Positions 1 through 11,930 of a stretch of DNA of 64,000 nt are shown here, piece by piece. The DNA is from Tubulanus polymorphus (lineage: Eukaryota > Animalia > Nemertea). The stretch spans positions 21,114,150 through 21,178,149 of the forward strand of contig NC_134026.1 of NCBI RefSeq assembly GCF_964204645.1, written 5' to 3'. Within the stretch, counting starts at the first letter, position 1. Each line of letters opens with the position of its first letter. A model generated the notes under the pieces. The model did not search any database. It had not been told where the DNA came from and was given only the letters and a program-made list of their open reading frames with translations. Made by a program: the position numbers and the translations under genes.

Positions 1-681
1 GTATTATTGATGAGATATGCGGTTAATGCCAGTTTCCGGGTCGTCGCTTTTGCCGCGTTATGAGCGTACTGCGGTTTGCGGAGGGCAATTTACGACTTTT
101 GATTCATACGAAGGTCATAACCGCCAACCGTTTTGAATTTAAAAAGCGTCATTCGGTCGCCGGCGAATGCTGATTTATCGCGGCTGTTTAACGACACACA
201 AAACATTTCACCTTTTGCTTTTGGATAACCGGCAATTGCGCAGCACCCTCGCTCGGAGCCGAGGCTGTTAATAAAAACTTCGGTTAAAAAACCATTTTTC
301 CGGCGTCAGACAGCTGTAACGGTGGATCCTGTGCTATTCATCATCATTACATTTTAAAACCATTGTCAACGTGAACACGCGATCTGCCTTCTGGTAATGT
401 TCGGTTATTTCCGTCGCTTACATAAACCCGACATTTTAAAACTAATTTTTTATCCGCGCTCTTCGTTACACGGATGCTGGGGCGAGTCGTGACATTGATA
501 TATACGGTATGAATACACAAGATATATCGCCGCTGAAATAGAACCGGGTATTTTTTCCGCGAATAGGGGCGCGCATTACTAGAAGCCCTTTTTCGCCACC
601 GTCCTAATAACAGCAGTGTTTGCGCCGAGGAGAGAAGTTATGCGAGCTTGATTGAAGAGGAAATAAGAGCAGAATTGTTAC

Positions 682-780
682 CATCATGTATTCATTGACC
701 AATTTCTCGGTGTCCCGGACGAATCGGCGAACAATGGAACGGAATGCATATTTGAATGAGATAAACGAGATAGGCGACAT
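682..780 (-). CDS. Possible coding exon (MSPISFISFKYAFRSIVRRFVRDTEKLVNEYMM) of a gene running off the left edge
   Basis: ATG-initiated 33 codons ending at donor ATG|GTAACA in a CpG-rich region; no homology recognised. Confidence 0.25.
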
Positions 781-1512
781 ATGAAGACAAATTTTTCGAC
801 CGATCGCGTGTCCACTTTGAACGCGTTTCCTTTGTCTGATGACAATGATCGACCGTGTTTGCGAATGATGATGGCGAAGATCGGTTTTGCACCGAAAACT
901 GCATCGTATTGAAGCATACAGCCAGTGACGTAAAACATTCACTGTGTAAAGCCGGGCGTAGGTCGGCCTTGCGACTCACTGCGACCGCCACGACGATCGC
1001 GTCGCAGCGACCCACCGACCTGTAATGCAACGTGATGCCGTGGTGCTCGCTGATTGATTATTCGTCCGTGGGTGTTGCGCACATTTCAAACCGTTTCAAA
1101 ACGTTTTTCTGTTCGGCGTTTTGTTTTGCCATCGAAAACGTTTTTCACGAGGAAAATACGTTTTGTCGGTGCCGTGTGCGGCAGGCTTAAAATTATTTAC
1201 TTCTTTAAGTTAACCGAAAATGTCAACGATTTGATTCGTTAATTAGATGAGTCTATAGGATCTAGCGGACCCATTTGAGAGAACGACATAAGTTTCAAGT
1301 CGCACGATAGCCTACTTCGTGAAAATGAAAATAGTTATGTGTGAAACAGAGACGACGCCTATAGCTGGTAAAATGCCAATGTCGAGCTTCTCGCTCGAGT
1401 TATCGATATCGATTAGGTTCTTTCAGAAGTCAACCTCACTCAGAAAGCTCGTCTCAAATAAAAGGAAGAACATTGGTATACTTTTGATTCTGTTATCAAA
1501 ATATATTCAAAT

Positions 1513-1625
1513 CTAGCAAACTCCACACGCCTTTTGGCAACTTTCTAACATATAAGAAGGATTTTGCTCGCATCCGCCTATATCCGCCCAATCTTTGCAG
1601 TGCGGTGATCTGTCAACGCATACGG
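1513..1625 (-). CDS. Astacin exon 9: ShKT domain AVCVDRSPHCKDWADIGGCEQNPSYMLESCQKACGVC*
   Basis: Long polypyrimidine acceptor tttcctttatcttattttcattcatttcag; ShKT pattern C-x-D...C-x2-W...C...M-x3-C-x3-C-x2-C; phase matches exon 8. Confidence 0.92.
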
Positions 1626-4600
1626 CTGAAATGAATGAAAATAAGATAAAGGAAACGTAGCGCATTTTCAAAAGATACCTTTTTCTTATACATACTACGT
1701 AGACCGTAACCAGTCTAAATCAATTTTGAACCATAAACGCCTCTGGTGTACAATGAAGTGATTCTATAGACATACATCTTTGGCGTCATTAGATTTCAGT
1801 GAAGTGACCCCCACCTTTCACAGTATTCCATAGATGGAATTTGGCACTTTTAGCAACATTCAAACCGTATAAATTTCTAGTTTTCAGTTATGCAAAAACC
1901 ATTTCTCAATTTTGCAACAAAGCGACGTGAGAGCGACATAAAAATCGGTGGTCAGTTTTGAATTACTTACGACCTGTATTGTATCTAAATATAGATTACG
2001 AACCTGAGCTGTCACCGGTATAAGGCTGACAATCGTACAACGTTCTCACTCTTTGAATGTCTGTAGGACTGAGGTCTAACAATCCGATCTTGGCGTTCGG
2101 GTCCCTGGGTACCATCGTCGGGTAGCCGTTCATGCTCGCTGCCGTAGCGCCGTAGTGCATAATACTGGCGTAATCGTACCGGGTTCCCAGCAGGTCCATG
2201 TTCTGGGTCTCAATTCTAAAGTTGCTAGCCGCTCCTGTTACGAGAAGAGTTTAGAAAATCGTTAAGAAAAGAACTTATCTTATCATGTTGTTCAGAGGGT
2301 GCTTAAAAATGTCTGAATATCATCTTAACAACTAGTTAAGTTAACGAATAGTTAAGTTGGTTCTATATTATCCAATGCACCGTTATAGCATTAAACCAAT
2401 TTTTGAACTAATACATTTTTAAGGATTCAACAAATCTGAAGCATAAAGGTCGAAGTCTATTTCTGTTGGTGAATTTTAGAGTCTAAGTGTTTATGCTTCT
2501 TTTCTGTATATCTTTCTTTTCAATCTACTGCAATATCTATCAAAGTAATGGTTATTTCTCAACAATTAACAGAAACCCTTTTACTAAGTCGTAAGTCCGC
2601 GAATAGGATAAGGCCTTAGCAGCGCAATCTCACGATAGAATGTAAAAACTAGTAAAAGTTTTGAATTTTAGAAAATAATGTTTTTGATGATTTTGTCGTG
2701 TATCATCAACAAGAACATGATTTCCGTCATGGCATTGAGTGTTCCACTGATCTATCTCTGTATCGTTCCATCACGATACCACCAGATGACGGCTACATAG
2801 GCCTAGAGTTTTAGCATCGATCAACTTTTATCGTGAGATAAAAACGTAAATACACGTATTACTATATAATAACTGAACTGACTAGGGTCCATGTTTTCCC
2901 AGTGGACGTCGATGTACTGATCACGATCGGGTCGACTCATTTCGTGCCAGAACCCGAATGTATGGAGCATCTCGTGTTGCACGATTCCGTTCTGCAGACA
3001 GGTCCATCCTAACGATGCCATTTGTTGACCACCTACCATTCCGACCGGTGAAAAACATCTGGATAAATATAAAGAGTAGTTATTCTCTTTAGCAATCATT
3101 TACTTCCGATAAGCTGATCAGGTTTTGAGAACAGACAAGGTTGGCTCTCGCCTGTGAAAACAGAATCAAAATTATAGTTGCGTTGGGCAAGCTTCTCATT
3201 TTCTTGGACCTCAGCAACTAAACTTACTCTACATAGCTTTTTGGAACTGAATCCCGGAAAATGAAGACATCAAAGTGCACAATACCGGATTCAGGGTATG
3301 TACGATGAGTTTTTCTTTTTGAAAAAGTTGCACTTATATCTTGACCTCATCACTGTACTTGGAGGTTTTACAAGAAAATCCAATGCATAAATCTAGTATA
3401 AAATGAACAACTCCCCGAGGCGTTATTAAGCGGTAAATTACATTTTAAATCAGTCTCGATGAAATAAATTATTTACCCATTTCCCGGCATTATGAGGACG
3501 TAATTGGCTTCGTCCCGTTGAGGCGTGAGAGAAATACAGTATCCCAACGCATTCACCTGACGTTCGAGATCGGCAAAGGCTGTCGTAATTATTTGTTCAT
3601 GTTCCGGACCTGAAAAAAGCAAACGCCTACATCAGACAGTCGCGCAAACAATAAATAGTAACAGCAGTTATCTGGCCAACAAGAAATTGATTTCATTCGT
3701 CTTTCTTGGACTGAATTTGAAATATGTAGCATTTCTAACTTGGATTTTACTCTGTTATCATTCAAAAACACCAGTTTAAGCTGATATGTTAAGAAAAAAA
3801 CCGGATCGTTTCACGGAGATAAAGCTTCCTTAAAGTTTCCATGACTAAAATCAGTGCGAGTCGTTCAGTGAAACGGGCCCCAGGTCCCTTGAAGTTTAAA
3901 GTAGGTATACCGTATCCATGTAGTCTGTACGGAACAATGCCGTTTGGCCACCTCATCTGCTTGTACTTGATACCGTTTCGAAACTGAAATGACACAGAGA
4001 ATATTCACCGATCGACTTAAAATTGAAAACTTCGTAGAAAATTATCACTTTGGAAACTGGGTGGTCGAATACTTATCGTACAGATCCGGCCTCAACGTCG
4101 ATCTTCATTTGAGATACGTCGATATCTCCCTGGTATTTTCCTAACAAAACAATAAATGGTCAAATTTAGGGTAATGATTTTAAAAAAAAAGTTTCACGAA
4201 CTTGTATTTGAATGGATTGAACATGCTAACCGGAATATACTTGTGGCTCCTTGGCTCTATCCTGCACTAACTTCGCTTGAATTTCTGTGAAATTAGACCG
4301 AAAATCATGACCATGTATTTGTTCATTTGAAACATAGAATATGTTTTGATCTTAAAATTGGGATTGACCGTGTTATTCATTTGATTGGTAGATTTCGTTT
4401 GGCTTTTCTTGATTTGATGTCCCTTACAAACCCACCACACCTGTCGGGATCGAATATGTTTTAACAACAGGAAACATGCCTATTTGACATGTATATTTCT
4501 TTTCGGTACGTTTCCAATTTTTGCTGGTGGTTCACTTATGCATACGGAGAAAGTGGTGTATTTTGGCCGCGTCATCGGAGTGCATTCTATCGGATTTTTC

Positions 4601-5396
4601 GCATCATGCGATCGCGCTAAATTGCGTTGCATTACTGCAAAGTGCGTCTTCGCAATTCTCTTGGCAGATTTTATTGATTCGAGATTCACTTGAACGATAG
4701 ATGGTTACTGTGTAGTTATAATGTTGTTATTATACGTAAAAACAAATAGACATACGACAAAAACTGACGGATATAGCGGCTGTTTGAACGCCGGAAGTGA
4801 CATAGTGCAGCCATTATTTCACATTATCCACACCATAAATCTGTTGACAGAATCGTCTGTCTATTATCATATTGCCTTTGGATAAAAACGTCGCGTGCTT
4901 TTTTTCGGAAAATCCCAACGAAAGTGTTTTAAAGTTTTCTTTACTCCGAGTCCTCAAAACATTTTTATCAAAAAAACCTTTAGATTAAGCATACGTAAGC
5001 CAAAGATCGTTCTGCGAAAATATCTTCCGCTTTTAGCAAAAGATGATGATGATGCACTTCTTTTCGTAAAACAATATCTCTGATCGAATGTCGAATTCAA
5101 TGGAAAAATTCTGTTCACGATGACGTGGTTTAAAAAACACAAGATGACGCGGATTGTCTTACCTGCCTCTTTGGCACTTCTAGTTTCTTTTGTCTGAAAG
5201 ATGTATCAACAAGGAAATATTACAGTCGACCACAGCGAGCTCCCATTATCAAAAACTTCTTCGAATTTGGCGATTTTTTCTTTTACTAAGAAAGCATATT
5301 GATATTTGAGATCAAAGTTTTTGATATCGAAGCGTATACCTTTAATGCAGCCGCAGCGGCGGCGAAAAGGATTATCCACGCGAGGTTCGCCATCAT
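1513..5396 (-). CDS. Secreted astacin-family zinc metalloprotease (M12A) with C-terminal ShKT domain; 9 exons join(5340..5396,5163..5193,4231..4284,4082..4140,3911..3983,3477..3609,2883..3058,2004..2234,1513..1625), 927 nt, 308 aa
   Basis: All 8 introns are GT-AG and the phases join into one frame. The product has a signal peptide MMANLAWIILFAAAAAA, pro-domain YQGDI aspartate-switch motif, RN activation site, WPNGIVPY, zinc motif HEMLHTFGFWHEMSRPDRD, Met-turn YDYASIMHY, four catalytic-domain Cys and a six-Cys ShKT domain. Confidence 0.93.
2004..2234 (-). CDS. Astacin exon 8 (Met-turn and C-terminal helix)
   Basis: RAASNFRIETQNMDLLGTRYDYASIMHYG...LSPTDIQRVRTLYDC; donor CAG|GTTCGT in phase 1; an in-frame TAA lies at 1996-1998 if unspliced. 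Confidence 0.94.
2883..3058 (-). CDS. Astacin exon 7 (zinc-binding HExxHxxGxxH)
   Basis: CFSPVGMVGGQQMASLGWTCLQNGIVQHEMLHTFGFWHEMSRPDRDQYIDVHWENMDP; ttatccag acceptor, A|GTCAGT donor. Confidence 0.96.
3477..3609 (-). CDS. Astacin exon 6 (GPEHEQIITTAFADLERQVNALGYCISLTPQRDEANYVLIMPGNG)
   Basis: Acceptor ttttttcag, donor GG|GTAAAT; helix A followed by the CI...NY segment typical of astacins. Confidence 0.9.
3911..3983 (-). CDS. Astacin exon 5 (FRNGIKYKQMRWPNGIVPYRLHGY)
   Basis: RN maturation site and W-x-x-G-x-V-P-Y N-terminal astacin motif; catttcag acceptor, G|GTATAC donor. Confidence 0.92.
4082..4140 (-). CDS. Astacin exon 4 (GKYQGDIDVSQMKIDVEAGS)
   Basis: Astacin pro-domain (F/Y)xGDI motif; acceptor ttttgttag; donor TCT|GTACGA in phase 0. 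Confidence 0.85.
4231..4284 (-). CDS. Astacin exon 3 (pro-peptide EIQAKLVQDRAKEPQVYS)
   Basis: Acceptor tttcacag, donor CCG|GTTAGC, phase 1->1. Confidence 0.8.
4360..4441 (+). repeat. ~85 bp dispersed repeat, copy 1 (astacin intron 2); copy 2 at ~45255-45336
   Basis: Shared GATTTG(A/G)TGTCCCTTACAAACCCA(C/T)CACACC plus alignable upstream sequence. Confidence 0.75.
5163..5193 (-). CDS. Astacin exon 2 (31 nt, TKETRSAKEA)
   Basis: Acceptor ctttcag, strong donor CAG|GTAAGA, phase 0->1 bridges exons 1 and 3. Confidence 0.75.
5340..5396 (-). CDS. Astacin exon 1: signal peptide MMANLAWIILFAAAAAALK
   Basis: ATG in AAA ATG context, hydrophobic Ala-rich core, phase-0 donor AAG|GTATAC matching exon 2. 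Confidence 0.8.
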
Positions 5397-5417
5397 TTTC
5401 CGAATATTACGATGCTC

Positions 5418-5455
5418 CAGTGAAACCGTTTCACCGATCAGGCGTATATGTATAA
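5418..5455 (-). promoter_or_regulatory. Possible core promoter of the astacin gene (TATA-like TATACATA plus Inr-like TCACT)
   Basis: The TATA-like box is ~33 nt upstream of TCA(+1)CT at 5421, which is 25 nt upstream of the ATG; motif match only. Confidence 0.25.
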
Positions 5456-8400
5456 AACGCGATTTATTTGATTCCGGAAGCAGACACGAGATTAAATACG
5501 CAGCGCACTGTTGACTTTAAGATAAACGAATTGAATCTAAACACGACGTACATATCGTTTATGAAGACTGATGGGCTGTGTTTTATGAATTTTATCTTCT
5601 TTTTTCATCCTACGATAGTATATTCACAATCAATTAATTTACTATCATTGACGTTATTTGCTTGTTATTTTCGTCGGCTATTTAAGTTAGTCAGTCTGTT
5701 TCTACGCGGATAGGGAATATTATGCAAAGGCGGCCGGCACGCAATATGGAAGCGTGCCCATATAATTCGGTTACATTTTTCCTAATGGAATAAAAGCATG
5801 GCCAACTGCCAAACGATAAAACCGCGACGGAGATGACAGAACGGGGACTAAACCGAATTAATTGCTGAGCCACCGAATCCTTTGTGAGTCGATGTTTCAT
5901 TAGCACAGACAAGATATCATATGATGTTTTGTCTGGTTGCTCACTGAGGATTTTCTAATTAGCAACAGGCTCCGTACGGATCTTGAGGGATTTTGTGTCC
6001 GATCACGCGGGGATTTTAGAACGTTGATAATAGCATATGACTCGACCGGGTTTATGCAAATGGCAAATTACATCACGAACCGGGGTTTCATTCGTGAAAA
6101 AAGAGTCACTTTCAGTATAATAGCTCTCAATTCGAGCGAGGATATGAATGGCAAAATGTTTTAACGGTGAAATGTGAATGTTGGTTGACGTTAACGAGCC
6201 GATTGATACAAAATAGAAACACGCCTAGCTTTATGGCAGGATCCTAAAACGGTTTATGCATTTATAAAGCCACCGTCGTTTTAGAGAGCTAAGCTGTAAT
6301 CCAACCGAGGTCGATGTGGTGCCACAATCTGCCATTACCCCGCATACGGCTAAAATACTAACCGTTTCGTCGACCCGTTAATAACAGAGTTTCAACTTCT
6401 CCAGCTTGTCTCCGTCGGGTAAATCAAAGCCGAGTGACTTCCTGATTATTAGCGCCGATGATTCGGGCTAATGGACGGCCATACTTAGACGTCTGGTCCA
6501 ATGCATTGCTTGGGAAATTATGGACAGTAAATTCCATCAGTGTGTTCGTCGGCCAAAAATCACCGCAATCAAAACCAACGTTGGTATGTGATTGCTGACA
6601 TGATTGCACAACATATGGCCATAGGTTGTCCGGCAAATGAATGCTCATTGGAACGTGCGGGGTCCGATCTATTGGCTGTATTGGTGTAAAGGATGCAATA
6701 AACTGAAACCCACAGGCGGAAATTGTCGCCAGAAGGAATCATCTTCAAAAGCAAGGCCAAGCCCACCGTGGCATGAACCAATTCAAGAAGGCAATGTGTC
6801 TGAAGTACCTTCGAATGGAGAAAAGATGTTGCAGATTAAATGGGCCATTAAACGTAGCCAGATAAATATAAGTATAGATCAACAACCTAACCGATGAATT
6901 ATCTATTGAAATGTCCCGAAATTGCACATAAAGCATATTGTGTGATTCAGTGTGTTTAGGTGACCCTTTTTACAAGCATTTTGGTTCTTGGGCACCTTCA
7001 TTGACATTGTTACTTCTGTAACATATCTATATATTTATTCAATTATGTATCTATAAAAACTGAGTGTTTTATGTTATGATTTCGATGTGAATTAAGATTT
7101 TAAAAAAAGAAAAAAGCCAAATCATTAACACCTTGGTCGCAATGTCGATAAACACGGATACTGTGAATTTTTTCGAGAGTCCATTTTGAGCATTCATTAT
7201 AAACAAGTCAGACTCCCATCTTAATGCACTTCGGGTTACGGAAAGTATAAGTTAAATGCGTGTGTGGAAAAAGAATACCAACCAATGATTCGCAATGCTA
7301 TATATATATCATTTATCTAAGTAAATGTCGAATTTGCGTCATATCATTCGTTGTTGATATGTCAAAGGTAAAGAGAAAATAGGGATGGAATTCGCAATTT
7401 AATCCATAAAAAGGGATCCCTCACATTGACGCAGAAATGAATTTTAGGAAAAAAATCGTAAGAAACTAATGAAACCGGATTTAACGAGATAGAATCCTCC
7501 ATCAGTAATATAATGGTTTCTTTTCGCCGGAATCAAAGCCTAATAAAGGTTTGATTTCCACTGTGATCCCGTTCTTGCAACTACTGATCAAAAGAGTATT
7601 TAGCTGAAAATAGCTTTCTACAGCTGCCTTAATGAATATGCGTGCTGGTAAAGAAAAAAAAACATCACGATTCGGAACTAAAAGCCGCTGCATCGTCACT
7701 TACTCGATCGTTCGTGCGCGCGCTGTTCGGTTACGCAGGTCAATGCGAAACGTCAAGGTCGGGTAAGCGGGTTGGTCCGATACGTCAGTTATTTTCTACT
7801 TCGTTGTCCGGTAATGACTCTATACTCTCTCGTTGGTATTATTGAGGTGATGCGTTTCATGAATGTATACGTACATCAAGCAAACTAATGTCACTTCATT
7901 CTTTGACCATTAATGTCCCTTTTCATACGCCGCATTTGACCAATTTGGCATAGGAATGACCTTATAAACGGGTGTTTAGCATGCAAACGCACGCCGTATG
8001 GAAGAACCGATGGTCTAACATCCGCTTATTAGGCATAGGAGACAATGTCTTTGAATAAGAAATGTGCACTCCCATATAAACACACCATAATTGAAGATGA
8101 ATCCATGTTCTTTTGCTAATACCCAAATGGCCGATGCACATACGGATGGTTACATCGAAAGTGGAATAACGAATGACGAATAAGACGATTATCGTATGAG
8201 TGATAAGCATCGCAGTTTTTATTTTAAGCCAGTTCACAAGAACGATCGTGTTTCGGCTGGTGGCTTTATTTACATGCGAAATAGCGCATTTAGTCGTATT
8301 TTTCTGTGGCCTCTGAATTCTACTACTGATGATCGTTGATGCTCTCAACCCACCAGACACGTAAATATTTTCCCAGCGTAGATTTCAGAATGTAAGTTTT

Positions 8401-9532
8401 CTTCAGCTTCATCAGTGCCTCGACATAGAAAATGCGAAGGGCATTGTCATAAAGAAGGTTGTTTAATCGCAGCAGCATCGGTTTGTTGGCCGCGGTGCAA
8501 GCTAGTAATTTACTGTTAACAACACTAGATATTTATGGCGAGATACGTGGCAATAAAAATCAACAACGCTTGCTACGACACAAGATTGCACACACACCAA
8601 ATTAGTCACTTGGAAACCAAGATAAGCAAAATCTCCGGCTGCCTACACTCGGGGTTCCAGATTGTCCTCATTCTGAGACGATTTCACTCGTACAAAAACC
8701 ACGACACGTAACGATATAACACTACGCGTTGTTTGGTAAATTATGTTTAGAAAGCCCTCGATATTTGTGGTTGTAATGTGATAGTTCCTGCAACTCGACA
8801 ACAATCGCTAGTAAAAACTGATTCATTTCTGTCCGTTCCTGAAGCACCGATTCCGTTGATGCTGACTGTCGACAGTGGCAATACCCCATAAACCGCATAT
8901 TCAACTCGGCTTTTGGTCCCACAATTACTGCTACGGATATACGTATTTTGCTGACGTACGTAGGTGAATGTAGATGCGTTGAAATCGAATTATCCGTAAC
9001 TTACTATTCAGAGCTTATTCGTCATCACGACACCATATCATCTTACTCGCTTTGTGAAAGGAAAACGACGCTTAGACATAGGCTGAATACCGAGACGAAC
9101 AGGAATGGACAAAAGTCACAAAAATGGTAAATGTCTTTTAGCAGTTGAGCCGTCTGAGAGCCAAACGCCTGTAACTCAATTACCAACCAAAATGAGTATG
9201 TAATATTTATTGAGGTAGCAGGACACATCCACTCAATATTAAGTCCTTAGCGGCCAATATTGATGTCGTTCTTATTTTGGGTTTAGCTAGACAAATTGAT
9301 TGCCTATTTCCACGCAGACTGCTTGTCTTAGTTATTGCGATCAGGGCACCATAAACTTCGCATATGAAAACGAATTCGATACGTATTTTCTCTCCTCTTG
9401 ATATAGATCTGGAAACATAATATACAGGAAGAGAATGAAGGGGTCGTTTTAAGGGAGCATTCCTTTATTACGTTCAGGTTGCAAATTAGCAATTGTGGCT
9501 CAAAGGAAATAACATTGTTACGTAAGTCTACC

Positions 9533-9854
9533 CAAGGGTTGATCTAGGATTCGTCGAAGGGGTGGATCTTGATATTGGGATGAGCACTTGAATTGAAACG
9601 GGCAGGTTTGGTTGGCAATGCGGGGGCTGCAAGCAGGGAAATTGGCGTAGGCTTCTGGCGGCACTACCACGGAAAATATACGACAAAAAGGAGCGTTTCT
9701 ATAGCCTTCATCATGACCCATTTATTGCTATTTGTCCTTATTTCTTTGCTTTCTTTTTTTCTTTGCAAAACTGTTTCCAGACTTTTTGGGAGGCATATCC
9801 AAATTTTGAAAGGGTTGACTAGTCCAACCGACCAACCCCCTTAATCCACCCTTG
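9533..9854. mobile_element. Non-autonomous TIR element (CAGGGGCGGATC-type ends); related to 32912-33197
   Basis: Ends CAAGGGTTGATCT / TAATCCACCCTTG; internal sequence (gcact..aatt..gggca..tttgg..caatgc..ggctgc..ttctgg) shared with the 32.9 kb copy. Confidence 0.65.
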
Positions 9855-10304
9855 CTACCTGCCGATACCTAAAAATACAGGACATGAAAATATTGATAAG
9901 ATTCGAAAATAGCTTTAAGAACACGATTATTGCAAATCGCATTAACGCTGAACCAATGAATTAAGATATCATTATTTGATTAAGTTTTCATTCATATAAT
10001 CATATGAATGGAAACGCGCTAGCATGCGGTTTTAAAAAGACCCGTTATTCATTGGTTGAATATCTTTTAAAAAGTGTATATGTTTTCTTTTGTTTGTACG
10101 CTAGTGAATGCAGTGCACGAAACTTTTCCGTTTGCGCCTTCGCGTCTCGGATTTAATAAGTTTCCGCTGAATATTCGTATACGAAAAAGAAGCACGTACA
10201 TTCCTTAAATCCTGCGATACTCCGTTCAAACGACGCGCCATCCAGTTCGTTGACGTAGCCGATATATACGTACGTATATAGAAATGGCTCGAATGTAAAT
10301 TTGC

Positions 10305-10660
10305 TACGGAAGGGCGGCCATATGATCTTTTCCTGAGTCGTAATTTCGACTTGATTAACTCGAAATTTTTACTTTTTAACACATGTGTGCACGCTATATT
10401 CGTAAAAATTCACACTATGACAAAACGAGATCAGTTTTATCGTTCTCTCTTCAAGCTAGGTATAAACATGGCTGAAATACGATACTACCTTAGCTGGTGC
10501 GATAACGTCGATCTTGGCCGAACAGTACGAAATTCAATTCGAGATTTCGAGTAACTAAATCGAAATTTTCAAGAGTCAAAATTTAAAAAATAAGTTTAAA
10601 AGTCAAAATTTCGATTTTGTTAAGTCGAGATTTTGAGTTAAAAAGTGGAAATTTCGAAAT
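10305..10660. repeat. Degenerate array of ~21 bp AAGTCGAAATTT(C/T)GA-like units, probably the internal repeats of a non-autonomous DNA transposon
   Basis: Repeated gtcgtaatttcgac / ctcgaaatttt / gtcaaaatttcga / gtcgagattttgag units at 10335-10380 and 10540-10660. Confidence 0.45.
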
Positions 10661-11442
10661 GTAAACAGAGTCCACGGCCTCGTCCACGGCCACGCCTGAA
10701 CCTGAATCATGAAATAGTCGCTGTCTTCCTGTGTGCGTACTTTGCTGATGGACGCGTCCTGGGGACATCGTTTAGGAAAGTTATGAATTTGATTTTGAGA
10801 GATATTACTCGACAAAAAATCGACAAAACTTGTTATGAATGGTTATGAACGAATTATTATCGGGACAATTGGTAACTTAACGCACAATCAAATTTTGATG
10901 TCTCATTCATGATTTCCTCTAGACGACAAATGGATCTCGACGAAAAAAAACTTAGAATTAGAGAAGAAAATTTCCGATTTATTGTCAAGACATAAGGTCA
11001 GAATTTTTTTCAAAATCTAACGCAATAAATTTGCGTTGAGTTAATAGCTCAACATGAAATCGGGAAAAACATTTTATCAATCGTAAATCGTATTGAAACA
11101 TACGTAACGCGACATGAAATAAAAATTTTTGTTTGTCCTGAATTGATGTCCCTGTGGCGTTTTCGCTGCAATCATCATCGTAATCAATCTCTTAGCAGTC
11201 CTGATTCCACAACGTTACATAAACAGTATACATTTTCCCGTCCTGTGACGACATCAATATGCACGTTAGCGCTTCGATATAGCTCATTTGATTTCTCTCT
11301 ATCTATAGCCGCAGAGAAACGGGAAAATTCGTGGACACTTAATTGACTGTGACGTCGAGATAACCTCACTGCGCACCACGCGCGGCATCGCTAATATCGA
11401 TGCTAATTACAATATTGCTGATAATGGTTACTTATTGAACAT

Positions 11443-11780
11443 GAGTTTTAGTTTAAGTTTAGTTTATTGTTCCACAAAAAAAAAAACATTTTGCACAGAA
11501 CAAGTATGTATACAAACATATTCATCAACGTATACAGTCATATCAAAAACAAATACAAATATGATATATGATAATACATATTTGATAGTAGGTGGCATAG
11601 GACATAGATTTTATAAGAGACAAATCACAAACTATTTTAGTTCATCTGTTATGATAGTTCATCTTCTGACGTGGTTTAGTTGTTTCACTTGTAACGCGTT
11701 TTATGTGTCTGCAGGCTCGTGTCTGGGAAAGTCAAATGGCGTTACTCAATTCAGTAGATTTTCTAGAAGGCATTTTGCAT
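11443..11780 (-). mobile_element. Decayed 3' end of a non-LTR retrotransposon
   Basis: Minus strand ends AATAAA followed by a (CTAAA)n-like tail; upstream is a broken frame with EDEL resembling the ORF2 C-terminal Cys/His knuckle; locally CpG-poor. Confidence 0.4.
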
Positions 11781-11799
11781 CATCATGACTTAAACAGGA

Positions 11800-11930
11800 G
11801 TGCTTGGAAGTTGCACCAAAAAGCAACTAATTTTCATAATTCTAGACCTCCTGACACCCTCATTTGTCGTAGATTATGCCTTTTTGTAAATTGTGCTATA
11901 TCCTCAATAGTGGTCGCTGGATCCGCCTTG
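11800..11930. mobile_element. Terminal fragment of a GGATCCGCC-TIR element; homologous to 14800-14957
   Basis: Shared tgga..tgcaccaaaa and gtcg..gattatgcc(c)tttt..ttgtgc, ending GGATCCGCCTTG. Confidence 0.65.

Noticed and set aside
6424-7116. Overlapping ORFs upstream of the astacin and an A-rich tail at ~7100
   Set aside because: No recognisable product, and the astacin already has its own signal-peptide exon at 5340-5396; possibly an old retroelement end.
7880-8360. 132 aa minus-strand ORF; the plus strand has faint LINE C-terminal-like words (AFDQFGIG, IIEDESMFF)
   Set aside because: No domain in the ORF, and the LINE similarity is too weak to assert without a search.
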